Below, piece by piece: positions 26,438 to 34,228 of a DNA stretch of 34,238 bases. Position 1 is the stretch's first letter; each line of letters opens with the position of its first letter. The notes under the pieces are model-generated. The model saw nothing but the letters and a program-made list of their open reading frames with translations, ran no database searches and had not been told where the DNA came from. The position numbers were made by a program, and so were the translations under genes. The DNA is taken from positions 1-34,238 of IMG/VR virus record IMGVR_UViG_3300017647_000010. One strand, given 5' to 3'. The DNA is from a virus. Taxonomy: Duplodnaviria; Caudoviricetes.

Positions 26438-26658
26438 ACGAGCAGAACTTGCTGCCGGGCTACAGGGCGCTCAGCCCACAGGAGAGGGACTTGGTGGTGC
26501 GGATCAAGGCGCTCGGGAACGAGCAATTGGCCGCTCTGCAGAATGAGGCCGTCGAGCTGGGAGCGGATCCGCGAATGGTTGCCATCGCGAAGACGCAGCT
26601 TCAGATGGGATTCATGGCGCTGATTCGAGCAGTGACACGCCCCACGGAGGACTACTGA
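26434..26658 (+). CDS. acb2: Acb2-like anti-CBASS cyclic-oligonucleotide sponge protein
   Basis: GYRALSPQERDLVVRIKALG ... DPRMVAIAKTQLQMGFMALIRAVTRP matches the Acb2 pattern as I recall it (GYRxLS..E.....K.LG ... RW.AI.KT..Q.G.MA..RA...P). Confidence 0.82.
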   Translation: MNEQNLLPGYRALSPQERDLVVRIKALGNEQLAALQNEAVELGADPRMVAIAKTQLQMGFMALIRAVTRPTEDY

Positions 26659-26915
26659 TGGCGCTGCCGACCGACGTAATCGCAAGGGTCGATCAGCTGG
26701 TCAAAGATGCAGTGGCGACGGCCCTGAGCCGACTGCAGAGTTTGCCTGAAGATGCGGATGCCTTCGACAAGCTGGCGGCGGTCACGGGGCTGTCCCGCGA
26801 GGAGGTCAAATGGACCGCCCAGAGGATTCACGAACTGCAAAGGTCCGGGCTGACCGCGCGCGAGACCGCGATTCGAGTTCGGAATGAGGCTAAAAGCCGT
26901 CCCTGGCTGCAGTAA
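26658..26915 (+). CDS. Hypothetical helical protein, translationally coupled to acb2
   Basis: 85 aa, TGATG overlap with acb2; HTH-like FDKLAAVTGLSREEVKW. Confidence 0.65.
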   Translation: MALPTDVIARVDQLVKDAVATALSRLQSLPEDADAFDKLAAVTGLSREEVKWTAQRIHELQRSGLTARETAIRVRNEAKSRPWLQ

Positions 26916-26920
26916 TGAGA

Positions 26921-26948
26921 CGCGGGAGTTTTCGCTCCCGCGGTATTT
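26921..26948 (+). terminator. Hairpin / terminator after the phoH-acb2 unit
   Basis: CGCGGGAG-TTTTCG-CTCCCGCG followed by GTATTT. Confidence 0.55.
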
Positions 26949-26968
26949 AGTAAATACTTACTGAGAAT
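26948..26968 (+). promoter_or_regulatory. AGTA-N6-TACT palindrome upstream of the replication region
   Basis: TAGTA-AATACT-TACTG (26948-26963), followed by a -10-like GAGAAT. Confidence 0.55.
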
Positions 26969-27001
26969 AATTCAAAAACGGAATTTTCTCGGAAACGACG
27001 C

Positions 27002-27718
27002 ATGTCCCAAGCCACCGACCCGGCCCCGTCCTGGCACCCACCGTTCTTCGGGGACGGGCTGACTCGCGACGATTATGAAACCATCGCGATACAACATATC
27101 CCGCGCAAGCTGCGGGAAAGCGAACCCGAGCTGTTCACGCTGAGATGGTTCGACGCCAGAGAGTTTCACCCGGTCAAGGCAACCTACTGGCTGGCGGAAT
27201 GCTACAACCAGGCTGTTCGGGATCACGTTGCAACGATTAGGGACAGGACTCGTGCGCCGTTCTCTCGGGCATTTCGTGGTGACGACGTGTTCGAGTCACG
27301 TGAGCGTCTGTCCTTTTGGCGGCTCCGACAGCTGATCGATCGCTTGGGCATACGCTACGAGTTCTTCATGCGCTACGCCATGAATTGGTGCCGGGAGAAC
27401 GGATGGATCCATACGCCGCGACCGGGGCATATCGCCGCCAACGAAGATCTAGTCGCGGACGTGGTGCTGCGATGGGAGGAAGTCTGCTCCCAGTCCATCC
27501 AGTTCTGTAAGAACCCGCGCTTTTTAGCATGCAACTACCGGGGCGATCCGGACCAGGTCGCCTATGAGCGCTATCTGCTGTGTGAGATCGCGAAGAAGCA
27601 ACACCCTCGGTTTAGCCTGAACGCTGCGCTGTTTATAGAGAAAGTGCTTCGGGAGGGCGCTGCGGAAGCCGCTTTAGGGGCGGGGTTGGTCGAACAGGCA
27701 CGTGAACTGTGCATATAA
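27002..27718 (+). CDS. Hypothetical phage protein upstream of the replication genes
   Basis: 238-aa ORF, aromatic- and Arg-rich, flanked by two palindromic sites; no motif recognised. Confidence 0.75.
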   Translation: MSQATDPAPSWHPPFFGDGLTRDDYETIAIQHIPRKLRESEPELFTLRWFDAREFHPVKATYWLAECYNQAVRDHVATIRDRTRAPFSRAFRGDDVFESRERLSFWRLRQLIDRLGIRYEFFMRYAMNWCRENGWIHTPRPGHIAANEDLVADVVLRWEEVCSQSIQFCKNPRFLACNYRGDPDQVAYERYLLCEIAKKQHPRFSLNAALFIEKVLREGAAEAALGAGLVEQARELCI

Positions 27719-27721
27719 AAG

Positions 27722-27742
27722 TAAGTAAAAACTTACTATGAT
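27722..27742 (+). promoter_or_regulatory. AGTA-N6-TACT palindrome overlapping TATGAT upstream of the hfq-like/dnaB/primase unit
   Basis: TAAGTAAAAACTTACTA (27722-27738), identical to 30756-30772; TATGAT at 27737-27742. Confidence 0.65.
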
Positions 27743-27778
27743 TGATTTGTTCGCGTAGCAATTTTCACGGAGACATCC

Positions 27779-28243
27779 ATGTTCGACCATGTCGTCGAAG
27801 AACGTGCAGCTCAGGCAATCGCCGGAGCAAAAATGGCAGCCGATGAGGGCGATTTCGTTCCGCCGCCCGCCATCCGGGTTCATCCCAATCCCCCACAACT
27901 TCGCCCTCGATACACGCTTCATGCGAAACCTGCGACCGCTAGGCAGCCTGCCAAGCAGCTCGTGGGGCACGAAGCCTTTCTGAAGGCCCTCGAACATTCC
28001 GGCGCAACGATCGTCTTTACGATGAACGACGGGGAGCGCTTCGTGGGCCGAATAAGACATTCTGACAAATACACGATCTCGATGGAGCTGGCGGTTCCCC
28101 AGCTGCCAGAAATAGCGACATACCCGCCCGCTCCGGATTCGCGGAAGATCGTGCTTTTCAAGCATTCGATTGCGTATTTCGAGCCCACTCGTCGGCCCGA
28201 GCCCGCGAACGAGACAATTCTCGAAACCGAGACAGCAGCATAA
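27779..28243 (+). CDS. Hfq/Sm-like protein with an N-terminal extension
   Basis: HEAFLKALEHSGATIVFTMNDGERFVGRIRHSDKYTISM aligns without gaps to Hfq helix + Sm1 (QDPFLNAL...NGIKLQGQIESFDQFVILL). LFKHSIAYFEP matches Sm2 (VYKHAISTVVP). GGAG RBS. Confidence 0.8.
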   Translation: MFDHVVEERAAQAIAGAKMAADEGDFVPPPAIRVHPNPPQLRPRYTLHAKPATARQPAKQLVGHEAFLKALEHSGATIVFTMNDGERFVGRIRHSDKYTISMELAVPQLPEIATYPPAPDSRKIVLFKHSIAYFEPTRRPEPANETILETETAA

Positions 28244-28253
28244 GGGGTAAGTC

Positions 28254-29669
28254 GTGGTTGATACCCCGGAAAGGGAGATCACCGAGCTGATCGGGAGTCG
28301 GCTCGGTGCGAGGGCCGTTGCCCCGGTGGTTTCCGCGCCGCAACCGGAGGAGAACGCGGAGGAAAAGTTCGAGTTTGATGGGGAGTTTCAGACACGCATT
28401 GCGGCGCTGGTATGTCGGGACGAGGAGTTCGTCAAGCGTTGCGGTCACTTAATCGATCCGAGGTTCTTTGAGAACATCGGCGAAGCGGCGGTAGTCAACT
28501 GCGCGATGCGTTACTACCGAAAGTATGGCCGCGTTCCAACCGGGCTACCGGTGTGGAAGCAGCTCTTTGCTGACGACATCGCCGCAAAGATCATCAGCCC
28601 TGACGTCAAAAGGCTCGTCGGTCCAGCGTTTGCGAACTTGATGAAGACGTCCCTTGCGGACCGTGGGTATATCGAGGAAAAGGTGGCTGAGTTTGCCTGC
28701 AATCAGGCAATGACACAGGCAATCTGGAATTCTCTGGACCTGCTGAAACGCCGTGACTTTAGCGGCATCAAGAAAAGCGTAGTTCGTGCGCTGGAGGTTG
28801 GCGTTAACGTCGATGGTGACGCATACGACTACTTTCAGAGAATCGCGGAGCGAACAGACCTTCGACTTGACAAGGTGTCAGGCAAGCTCCCTCCGCGCGG
28901 GATAACTACCGGCTTACCGCAGTTTGATGACCTCTTGTATCACCGCGGTTGGGGTCGCAAGGAACTCGCGACGATCATGGGCGGGGCCAAGATGGGAAAG
29001 ACCACTGCCTTGATCGGATTCGCCAAGGCGGCTTCATTGGCTGGGCATAACGTTCTCTACGTGACCCTGGAAGTAGCGTCGAGCATCATTGCAGAGCGCC
29101 TGGACGCGTCGATCACCGACACCGAGATCCGCCAGCTGGAATCGCACATCCACGATGTTCGCTCCAAGGTGGAAGCGCTACAGAAGCGAGCAGGGAAGCT
29201 GATTCTTCACGAGTATCCATCGGGAACCTTCACTCCGAATATGCTGCGTGCGCTGATCGAGCGCTACAAGGCGAAGGGTGTGCTGTTCGACCTGCTGGTC
29301 GTGGACTATGCGGACATCATGGCCCCCAATCATCGCTACAACGATCCAATTGAGAACTCGAAGTCAATCTATATCGACCTGCGGGCAATTTGCGTCGAAG
29401 AGAACCTGGCCGGTTTGACCGCAACGCAAACCAACCGAGAGGGATTCAAATCGACAGTGGCGAAGGCCGAGCACGTTGCGGAAGACTTCAACAAGGTGCG
29501 GACGGTTGATTTGATGATCTCGATAAACGTCACAGAGGAGGAGCGAGCTCGAAACGAGGCTCGGCTCTACTTCGCGGCGTCTCGAAATCAGGAAAGTGGC
29601 TTCACAATCTTCGTCAAGCAAGACAAGGCAAGGATGAAGTTCATCGAGTCGATACTCAGGGTGGAGTGA
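28254..29669 (+). CDS. dnaB: Replicative DNA helicase, DnaB-like
   Basis: GITTGLPQFD, Walker A GGAKMGKT, YVTLE, Walker B LLVVDYAD, TATQTNR, SRN. Confidence 0.92.
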   Translation: MVDTPEREITELIGSRLGARAVAPVVSAPQPEENAEEKFEFDGEFQTRIAALVCRDEEFVKRCGHLIDPRFFENIGEAAVVNCAMRYYRKYGRVPTGLPVWKQLFADDIAAKIISPDVKRLVGPAFANLMKTSLADRGYIEEKVAEFACNQAMTQAIWNSLDLLKRRDFSGIKKSVVRALEVGVNVDGDAYDYFQRIAERTDLRLDKVSGKLPPRGITTGLPQFDDLLYHRGWGRKELATIMGGAKMGKTTALIGFAKAASLAGHNVLYVTLEVASSIIAERLDASITDTEIRQLESHIHDVRSKVEALQKRAGKLILHEYPSGTFTPNMLRALIERYKAKGVLFDLLVVDYADIMAPNHRYNDPIENSKSIYIDLRAICVEENLAGLTATQTNREGFKSTVAKAEHVAEDFNKVRTVDLMISINVTEEERARNEARLYFAASRNQESGFTIFVKQDKARMKFIESILRVE

Positions 29670-30754
29670 TGGATCGGGGCCTTGACCTCCAAGAAGCCAT
29701 CGAAACGCTGGATATGGAGTCGTGGCTGGACCGAGAGGGCTACGAATACCGGCTTCAGCATGGCTCCAGCGGTCTCCAGATCAACGTCAAGGAGTGCCCC
29801 TGCTGCGGCAGCTCCAAGTGGAAGGTGTTCCTGAACGCGGCTTCCGGGCTGGGCAATTGCTTCGCCGGAGACTGCGGGGAGAAGTTCAACAAGTGGAAGT
29901 TCATTCGCTCGGCACTGCCGAACGCCAGCAACCGGGATGTGGTGGAGCACATCAAAGCGGTCGCCAGCGAGCAAGGCTGGCGTCCGGCCAAGCGAGTCTC
30001 TGTAGCGGTCAACCACAATACGGAGCTCCGGCTTCCCGCATCCGTTCCACTGCCTTACAAAGGTAGAAACCTGCACTACTTGGAGAAGCGGAACATCAGC
30101 AGCGACATCGCGAGGTATTTCAATCTGCGGTTCTGCGCGTCAGGCGGGTTCGACTACGAGAGTCAGGGGCGAAGGATGCGCCAGGACTACTCCAACAGAA
30201 TCATCATCCCGATCTACGACCTGGAGGGAGATTTGGTTTCCTTTCAGGGACGAGACATCACTGGAACCGCCGAGAGGAAGTATCTATTTCCGCCCGGGTT
30301 CGCGTCAACGGGAAGCGTTCTCTATAACGGTCAAAACGCCATCGGTGCAAAACGGATCGTTCTCGGGGAAGGAGTATTCGACGTTGCGGCGATCAAGATT
30401 GCGTTGGATGAGGAAATGGCTGTGCGGGATGTCGTTCCCGTTGGGACATTCGGCAAGCACTTGTCGGCAGAGGGTGAGACAAACCAACTGTCCAAGCTAC
30501 TTCAGCTGCGGGAACTTGGGCTGGAGCAGGTGACGTTCATGTGGGACGGTGAGCTGAACGCCCTAAGCGACGCTTTGAAGGCTGCGCTGATCGTCAGGCG
30601 ATATGGGTTGCAGGTGCGCCTGGCTGTCCTGCCGCCGGACAAAGATCCCAACGAAGTGCCTGCGGCGGTCGTTCGAGATGCATTCTGGAAGGCATTCGTC
30701 GTGACCCCGGAAAGCGCGATTCGCTTCGCAATCCAAAAAAATTTGCCTGGTTAG
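29666..30754 (+). CDS. DNA primase (Zn-finger + TOPRIM)
   Basis: CPCC...GNCFAGDC Zn finger, RIIIPIYD...SFQGR, KYLF, GEGVFD, MWDGE, KDPNE; follows the helicase. Confidence 0.9.
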   Translation: MMDRGLDLQEAIETLDMESWLDREGYEYRLQHGSSGLQINVKECPCCGSSKWKVFLNAASGLGNCFAGDCGEKFNKWKFIRSALPNASNRDVVEHIKAVASEQGWRPAKRVSVAVNHNTELRLPASVPLPYKGRNLHYLEKRNISSDIARYFNLRFCASGGFDYESQGRRMRQDYSNRIIIPIYDLEGDLVSFQGRDITGTAERKYLFPPGFASTGSVLYNGQNAIGAKRIVLGEGVFDVAAIKIALDEEMAVRDVVPVGTFGKHLSAEGETNQLSKLLQLRELGLEQVTFMWDGELNALSDALKAALIVRRYGLQVRLAVLPPDKDPNEVPAAVVRDAFWKAFVVTPESAIRFAIQKNLPG

Positions 30755-30755
30755 C

Positions 30756-30777
30756 TAAGTAAAAACTTACTAATAAT
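30756..30777 (+). promoter_or_regulatory. AGTA-N6-TACT palindrome upstream of the WGR-ligase unit
   Basis: TAAGTAAAAACTTACTA followed by ATAAT; a leader hairpin ATCTGCTT-GAGT-GAGCAGAT lies at 30795-30814. Confidence 0.65.
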
Positions 30778-30857
30778 CCTAAAGTGCATCGGTAATCTGC
30801 TTGAGTGAGCAGATAGATCGCTAAGTGCGAGACAAAAGACGAATTGGAGAGGAGCCG

Positions 30858-31349
30858 ATGGCTGAATACAGAATTAGCGAAGCATGGTCTGCCCTGCATG
30901 ATTCAGGGACGAAATTCTATCGAATGTTGGTGGTGTCCGACGTTGAGATTTCTGACGGTGTCGCTGTCCTCATCAGACAGTGGGGAAAGAAGGGGACCAA
31001 GGGAACGGTTGAGGCTTATAAGCTTCCGCAACATGAAGTGTATCGGGAATTTGAAAAGGTCTACAGGGCGAAGAGTGAACGTGGGGGATACCACTTACCG
31101 ATTCCGGACCCGAGCGGATTCGACCAACGTTTGAAGGATCTTGCCAGCGATGGCAACCCGGTGGGGCAGCTCTACCTCAGTAATCTTTTTGATCTGGTCT
31201 TCGGCAGTGCAAACACAAGTCACATCTTCGACACACTTTGGGGCGACTCTTCACGGAGTGACGTTCATGTCGAGGCTATTGAAGAGCGGCCCGCCGAGCT
31301 TGTAATCGATCGCTCCCAGGTCTACGGCGAAGCATGGGGGATGTTCTGA
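30858..31349 (+). CDS. WGR-domain-like protein
   Basis: GAGGAG RBS and ATG 30858; KFYRMLVV...LIRQWGKKGTKG...FEKVYRAKSERGGY fits the WGR pattern. Confidence 0.65.
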   Translation: MAEYRISEAWSALHDSGTKFYRMLVVSDVEISDGVAVLIRQWGKKGTKGTVEAYKLPQHEVYREFEKVYRAKSERGGYHLPIPDPSGFDQRLKDLASDGNPVGQLYLSNLFDLVFGSANTSHIFDTLWGDSSRSDVHVEAIEERPAELVIDRSQVYGEAWGMF

Positions 31350-31927
31350 TGAACTACCTCGAAGAGCGCGCCAAGTCGATGGCCGAACAGCCGGTCTATC
31401 CCCCGTCCCAGTCGTATAGCGGCAACAACGCTTACTACGAGGGAGCATGCGAGCCGGCCGGGTATACCCCTTCATATGCAACTTGTCTTCACAAGATCCG
31501 TGCGCTTGAACGGGATGGGTCTCTTGAGTTCCCGGCGTGCCAAGCCGCTATCCAGGGTGGTAGTTGCATGGCGGTCGGAATGCGCAAGAGGGAAGAGGAC
31601 GCGGGTCGAGCACTGTATTACTGGGACCGCAAACGAATGCTCGCGCTGAATGACGTCATGTTCGAGAGCGCGATGCGTGCCGCTGGCGCCCCTAATCGAC
31701 CGCCCCGCCTGAAACAGGAGCCGAAGTCCGATGCTAGGCAGCCTACGGGACCGACCGAGCGCGGCTTTGCTGCCGCGATCAACAACGCCATGAAGGATTT
31801 GGAACAGACGCACGCCGTCGCCACGTCCCAATCAGCTAAGCAAGAAATACAACCAGCAGCAGGGCTCAGCCTCATGGAGATCGCCAGACTGCGCATGAAA
31901 ACCAACCACCAAAAGGAAATTGCATGA
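31349..31927 (+). CDS. Hypothetical protein with four Cys in the N-terminal half
   Basis: TGATG coupling to the upstream gene; C..., CLHKI, CQAAI, CMAV, then a low-complexity C-terminus. Confidence 0.7.
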   Translation: MNYLEERAKSMAEQPVYPPSQSYSGNNAYYEGACEPAGYTPSYATCLHKIRALERDGSLEFPACQAAIQGGSCMAVGMRKREEDAGRALYYWDRKRMLALNDVMFESAMRAAGAPNRPPRLKQEPKSDARQPTGPTERGFAAAINNAMKDLEQTHAVATSQSAKQEIQPAAGLSLMEIARLRMKTNHQKEIA

Positions 31928-32229
31928 CAAAGATAACTGTCGCCGACGAGGCCGCTTTTGCTGATGAGTCGCAGATGGCACTGCGGGCCATTCGAGCGGT
32001 TGTCGAGCGCCTGATGAAGGAGGAAGGCATCAGCCTTCCGGCTCTCGTCGCAGCCACGAGCATGGCATACACCGGGACGCTTGCCACCCTGTTGGCGTGT
32101 GCAGAGAGCGCCGGTCTGTCTGAAATGATCGATCAATTGCGCGAAGAATCGACCAGTCTCCTGGCCCTGCAACTTGACGCCCACATCGTCGAGGCACGAG
32201 CGCGACTGAACGCGGAGGCATTTGCGTGA
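31924..32229 (+). CDS. Hypothetical protein
   Basis: 101 aa, AAGGA RBS, overlaps both neighbours by 4 bp. Confidence 0.65.
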   Translation: MTKITVADEAAFADESQMALRAIRAVVERLMKEEGISLPALVAATSMAYTGTLATLLACAESAGLSEMIDQLREESTSLLALQLDAHIVEARARLNAEAFA

Positions 32230-33608
32230 ATTCAAATGCGATCTTCGAGGCGATTGAACTCATCGCGTCAGAAACTGGACGGCTAGAGAAGCAGGCCCTA
32301 CTCTCGGTGTATAGGGGCTATGAAGAATTCTGTCGCGTTCTGAAAGCGGCCTATGACCCATTCGTCACCTACGGCATCGCCAAGTTTCCGGACCCGAACA
32401 CGATCATACCCGGCGATGACACAACGGGGATATTCACGCCAGCGACGTGGGATGGCCTTGATGCGCTCGCTTCACGGAGGATGAGTGGGAATGCCGCGCG
32501 GGAATGGCTGGTATCGAACTTGCGCTTTTTGAGCGCAGACTCCGGCGAACTGCTGATGCGCATCCTCAAGAAGGATCTTCGAGCCGGCATCACGGCCACA
32601 ACCATCAACAAGGTGATCCCAGGCCTGATTCCCGTCTTCGATTGCATGCTGGCTCAACCCTTCGAAGAAGGGCGAATCAAAGAGTGGCCGGTTGCGGTCG
32701 AGCCGAAGTTGGACGGCGTGCGAGTGCTGGCATTCGTCAACGGCGGGACGGGGGACGTCCGGTTCTTCTCCCGAAGCGGGAAGGAGTTCACAACGTTCGA
32801 GCACTTGAAGGCGCCATTGGTCAATGTAGTGCGCGGGAAAGCCCGTGGCGGCCCTACCGGCCAGTGGGTGTTCGATGGCGAGATCGTATCGGGGTCGTTC
32901 AACAAGACAGTATCCGAGGTCCGCCGTTCGTCCAAGCAGGCCAAAGATGCTGTTTTTCATGTATTCGATGCAATACCAACGGCGTCTTTTAATTCCGCCA
33001 ATGAGAATCAGCTGGTTTGGAGCGCAGGGAACTATAAGAACCGGCGCACAGATTTGGAGGAAATGCTGCAAGGCTCACAGCAACCAGACAGCTCGGTCGT
33101 GGCCATCCCGCGCTACTGGGCGAATAGCATCGACGAAATCCACCTCTACTACAAGAACGTGAGAGCCCGGGGTCTTGAAGGACTGATCATTAAGGACCCG
33201 AATGCTCATTATCGACGCAAGCGGGACTATGCGTGGATGAAGATGAAGGCAGAGCAGACGGTGGATCTCCCGATCGTCGGTGCATTTGAAGGGGAAGGGA
33301 AGTATGCCGGGATGCTCGGCGGGTTGATCGTCCCCTTCGATAAGGAATGCTGGGCGAACGGCGCTGGCGGCTCCAATCATCAAACCGACGATGCAGTCGA
33401 AGTCAAAGTAGGTGGCGGATTCTCTGACAGGCAACGCAAGGAATTCTGGGAGGCCTACCTGCGAGATAAGGAAAACATAAGGAGTGACGAACTACTTGGA
33501 CGGATCGCGGAAGTGGAGTTCCACGAGGTCACTCCCGACGGATCCCTTCGCCACCCACGGTTCGTCCGATTCCGGGATGACAAGCCGCTCGAAGAAGAAG
33601 CGCAGTAA
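32226..33608 (+). CDS. ATP-dependent DNA ligase
   Basis: Motif I EPKLDGVR, FSRSGK, FDGEI, FHVFD, EGLIIK, WMKMK, VGGGF, LRHPRF. Confidence 0.96.
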   Translation: MNSNAIFEAIELIASETGRLEKQALLSVYRGYEEFCRVLKAAYDPFVTYGIAKFPDPNTIIPGDDTTGIFTPATWDGLDALASRRMSGNAAREWLVSNLRFLSADSGELLMRILKKDLRAGITATTINKVIPGLIPVFDCMLAQPFEEGRIKEWPVAVEPKLDGVRVLAFVNGGTGDVRFFSRSGKEFTTFEHLKAPLVNVVRGKARGGPTGQWVFDGEIVSGSFNKTVSEVRRSSKQAKDAVFHVFDAIPTASFNSANENQLVWSAGNYKNRRTDLEEMLQGSQQPDSSVVAIPRYWANSIDEIHLYYKNVRARGLEGLIIKDPNAHYRRKRDYAWMKMKAEQTVDLPIVGAFEGEGKYAGMLGGLIVPFDKECWANGAGGSNHQTDDAVEVKVGGGFSDRQRKEFWEAYLRDKENIRSDELLGRIAEVEFHEVTPDGSLRHPRFVRFRDDKPLEEEAQ

Positions 33609-33674
33609 TCCAAGGTTCCCGGGCGAGGCAGACGGTCGGGAGCCATCACAACTCTGCCGACAAGGATAAGAAAA

Positions 33675-33866
33675 ATGAACACGATGAAGGTTGGCTTGAC
33701 GATCTTTTGTTCCTGGCTCATTGCAGCCATTGTTTGCGTGGCAGGCTGGGTAACCCACGTTGTAACGTGCATCCAGAACGAAACCTGGATCTTGCTGGTG
33801 GTCGGTGCTCTCGTTGCTCCGGTCGGCGCCATTCATGGCATCGGCGTCTGGTTCGGAGCATGGTGA
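33675..33866 (+). CDS. Small membrane protein
   Basis: 63 aa with two hydrophobic segments, AAGGA RBS, coupled to the next gene. Confidence 0.65.
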   Translation: MNTMKVGLTIFCSWLIAAIVCVAGWVTHVVTCIQNETWILLVVGALVAPVGAIHGIGVWFGAW

Positions 33867-34228
33867 TGGGTGCCTCCGGTTGGATTGGGGTGGATCTGGA
33901 CGGAACTCTGGCCCGTTACGATGGTTGGACGGGCCAATATTCGATAGGGGCGCCAGTGCCCAGAATGGTGGAGCGAGTCCGGGAGTGGCTTCAACAGGGC
34001 GTGGAAGTGCGCATCTTTACGGCCAGAGTTTCCACCGGTCTAAGGAACCTTGACGGAAGTGAGTTTGACCTAGAGGGTATCCGGAAGGCCATTGAGGACT
34101 GGTGCGAGAGACACGTTGGTCAACGCCTGCCCGTCACGTGTCAAAAAGACTACGCCATGCTGGAACTATGGGACGATCGGGCGGTTCAGGTCATTCCCAA
34201 CACGGGTGAGAGAGTGGTGCCGGAATGA
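33866..34228 (+). CDS. HAD-superfamily phosphatase (capless, PNKP 3'-phosphatase-like)
   Basis: ATG 33866 (TGATG); IGVDLDGTL (DxD), IFTAR, K, LWDDR motifs. Confidence 0.8.
   Translation: MGASGWIGVDLDGTLARYDGWTGQYSIGAPVPRMVERVREWLQQGVEVRIFTARVSTGLRNLDGSEFDLEGIRKAIEDWCERHVGQRLPVTCQKDYAMLELWDDRAVQVIPNTGERVVPE

Noticed and set aside
27707-27722. LexA/SOS box-like CTGTGCATATAAAAGT
   Set aside because: The right half is not ACAG. The neighbouring AGTA-N6-TACT site explains the region better.
343-33836. Numerous minus-strand and alternative-frame ORFs in the track (e.g. 2149..3159, 10126..11217, 12118..13128, 18403..19290)
   Set aside because: They overlap well-supported + strand genes and show no motifs. 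They are expected shadows of GC-rich or repetitive coding DNA. The only overlap accepted is the o-spanin.
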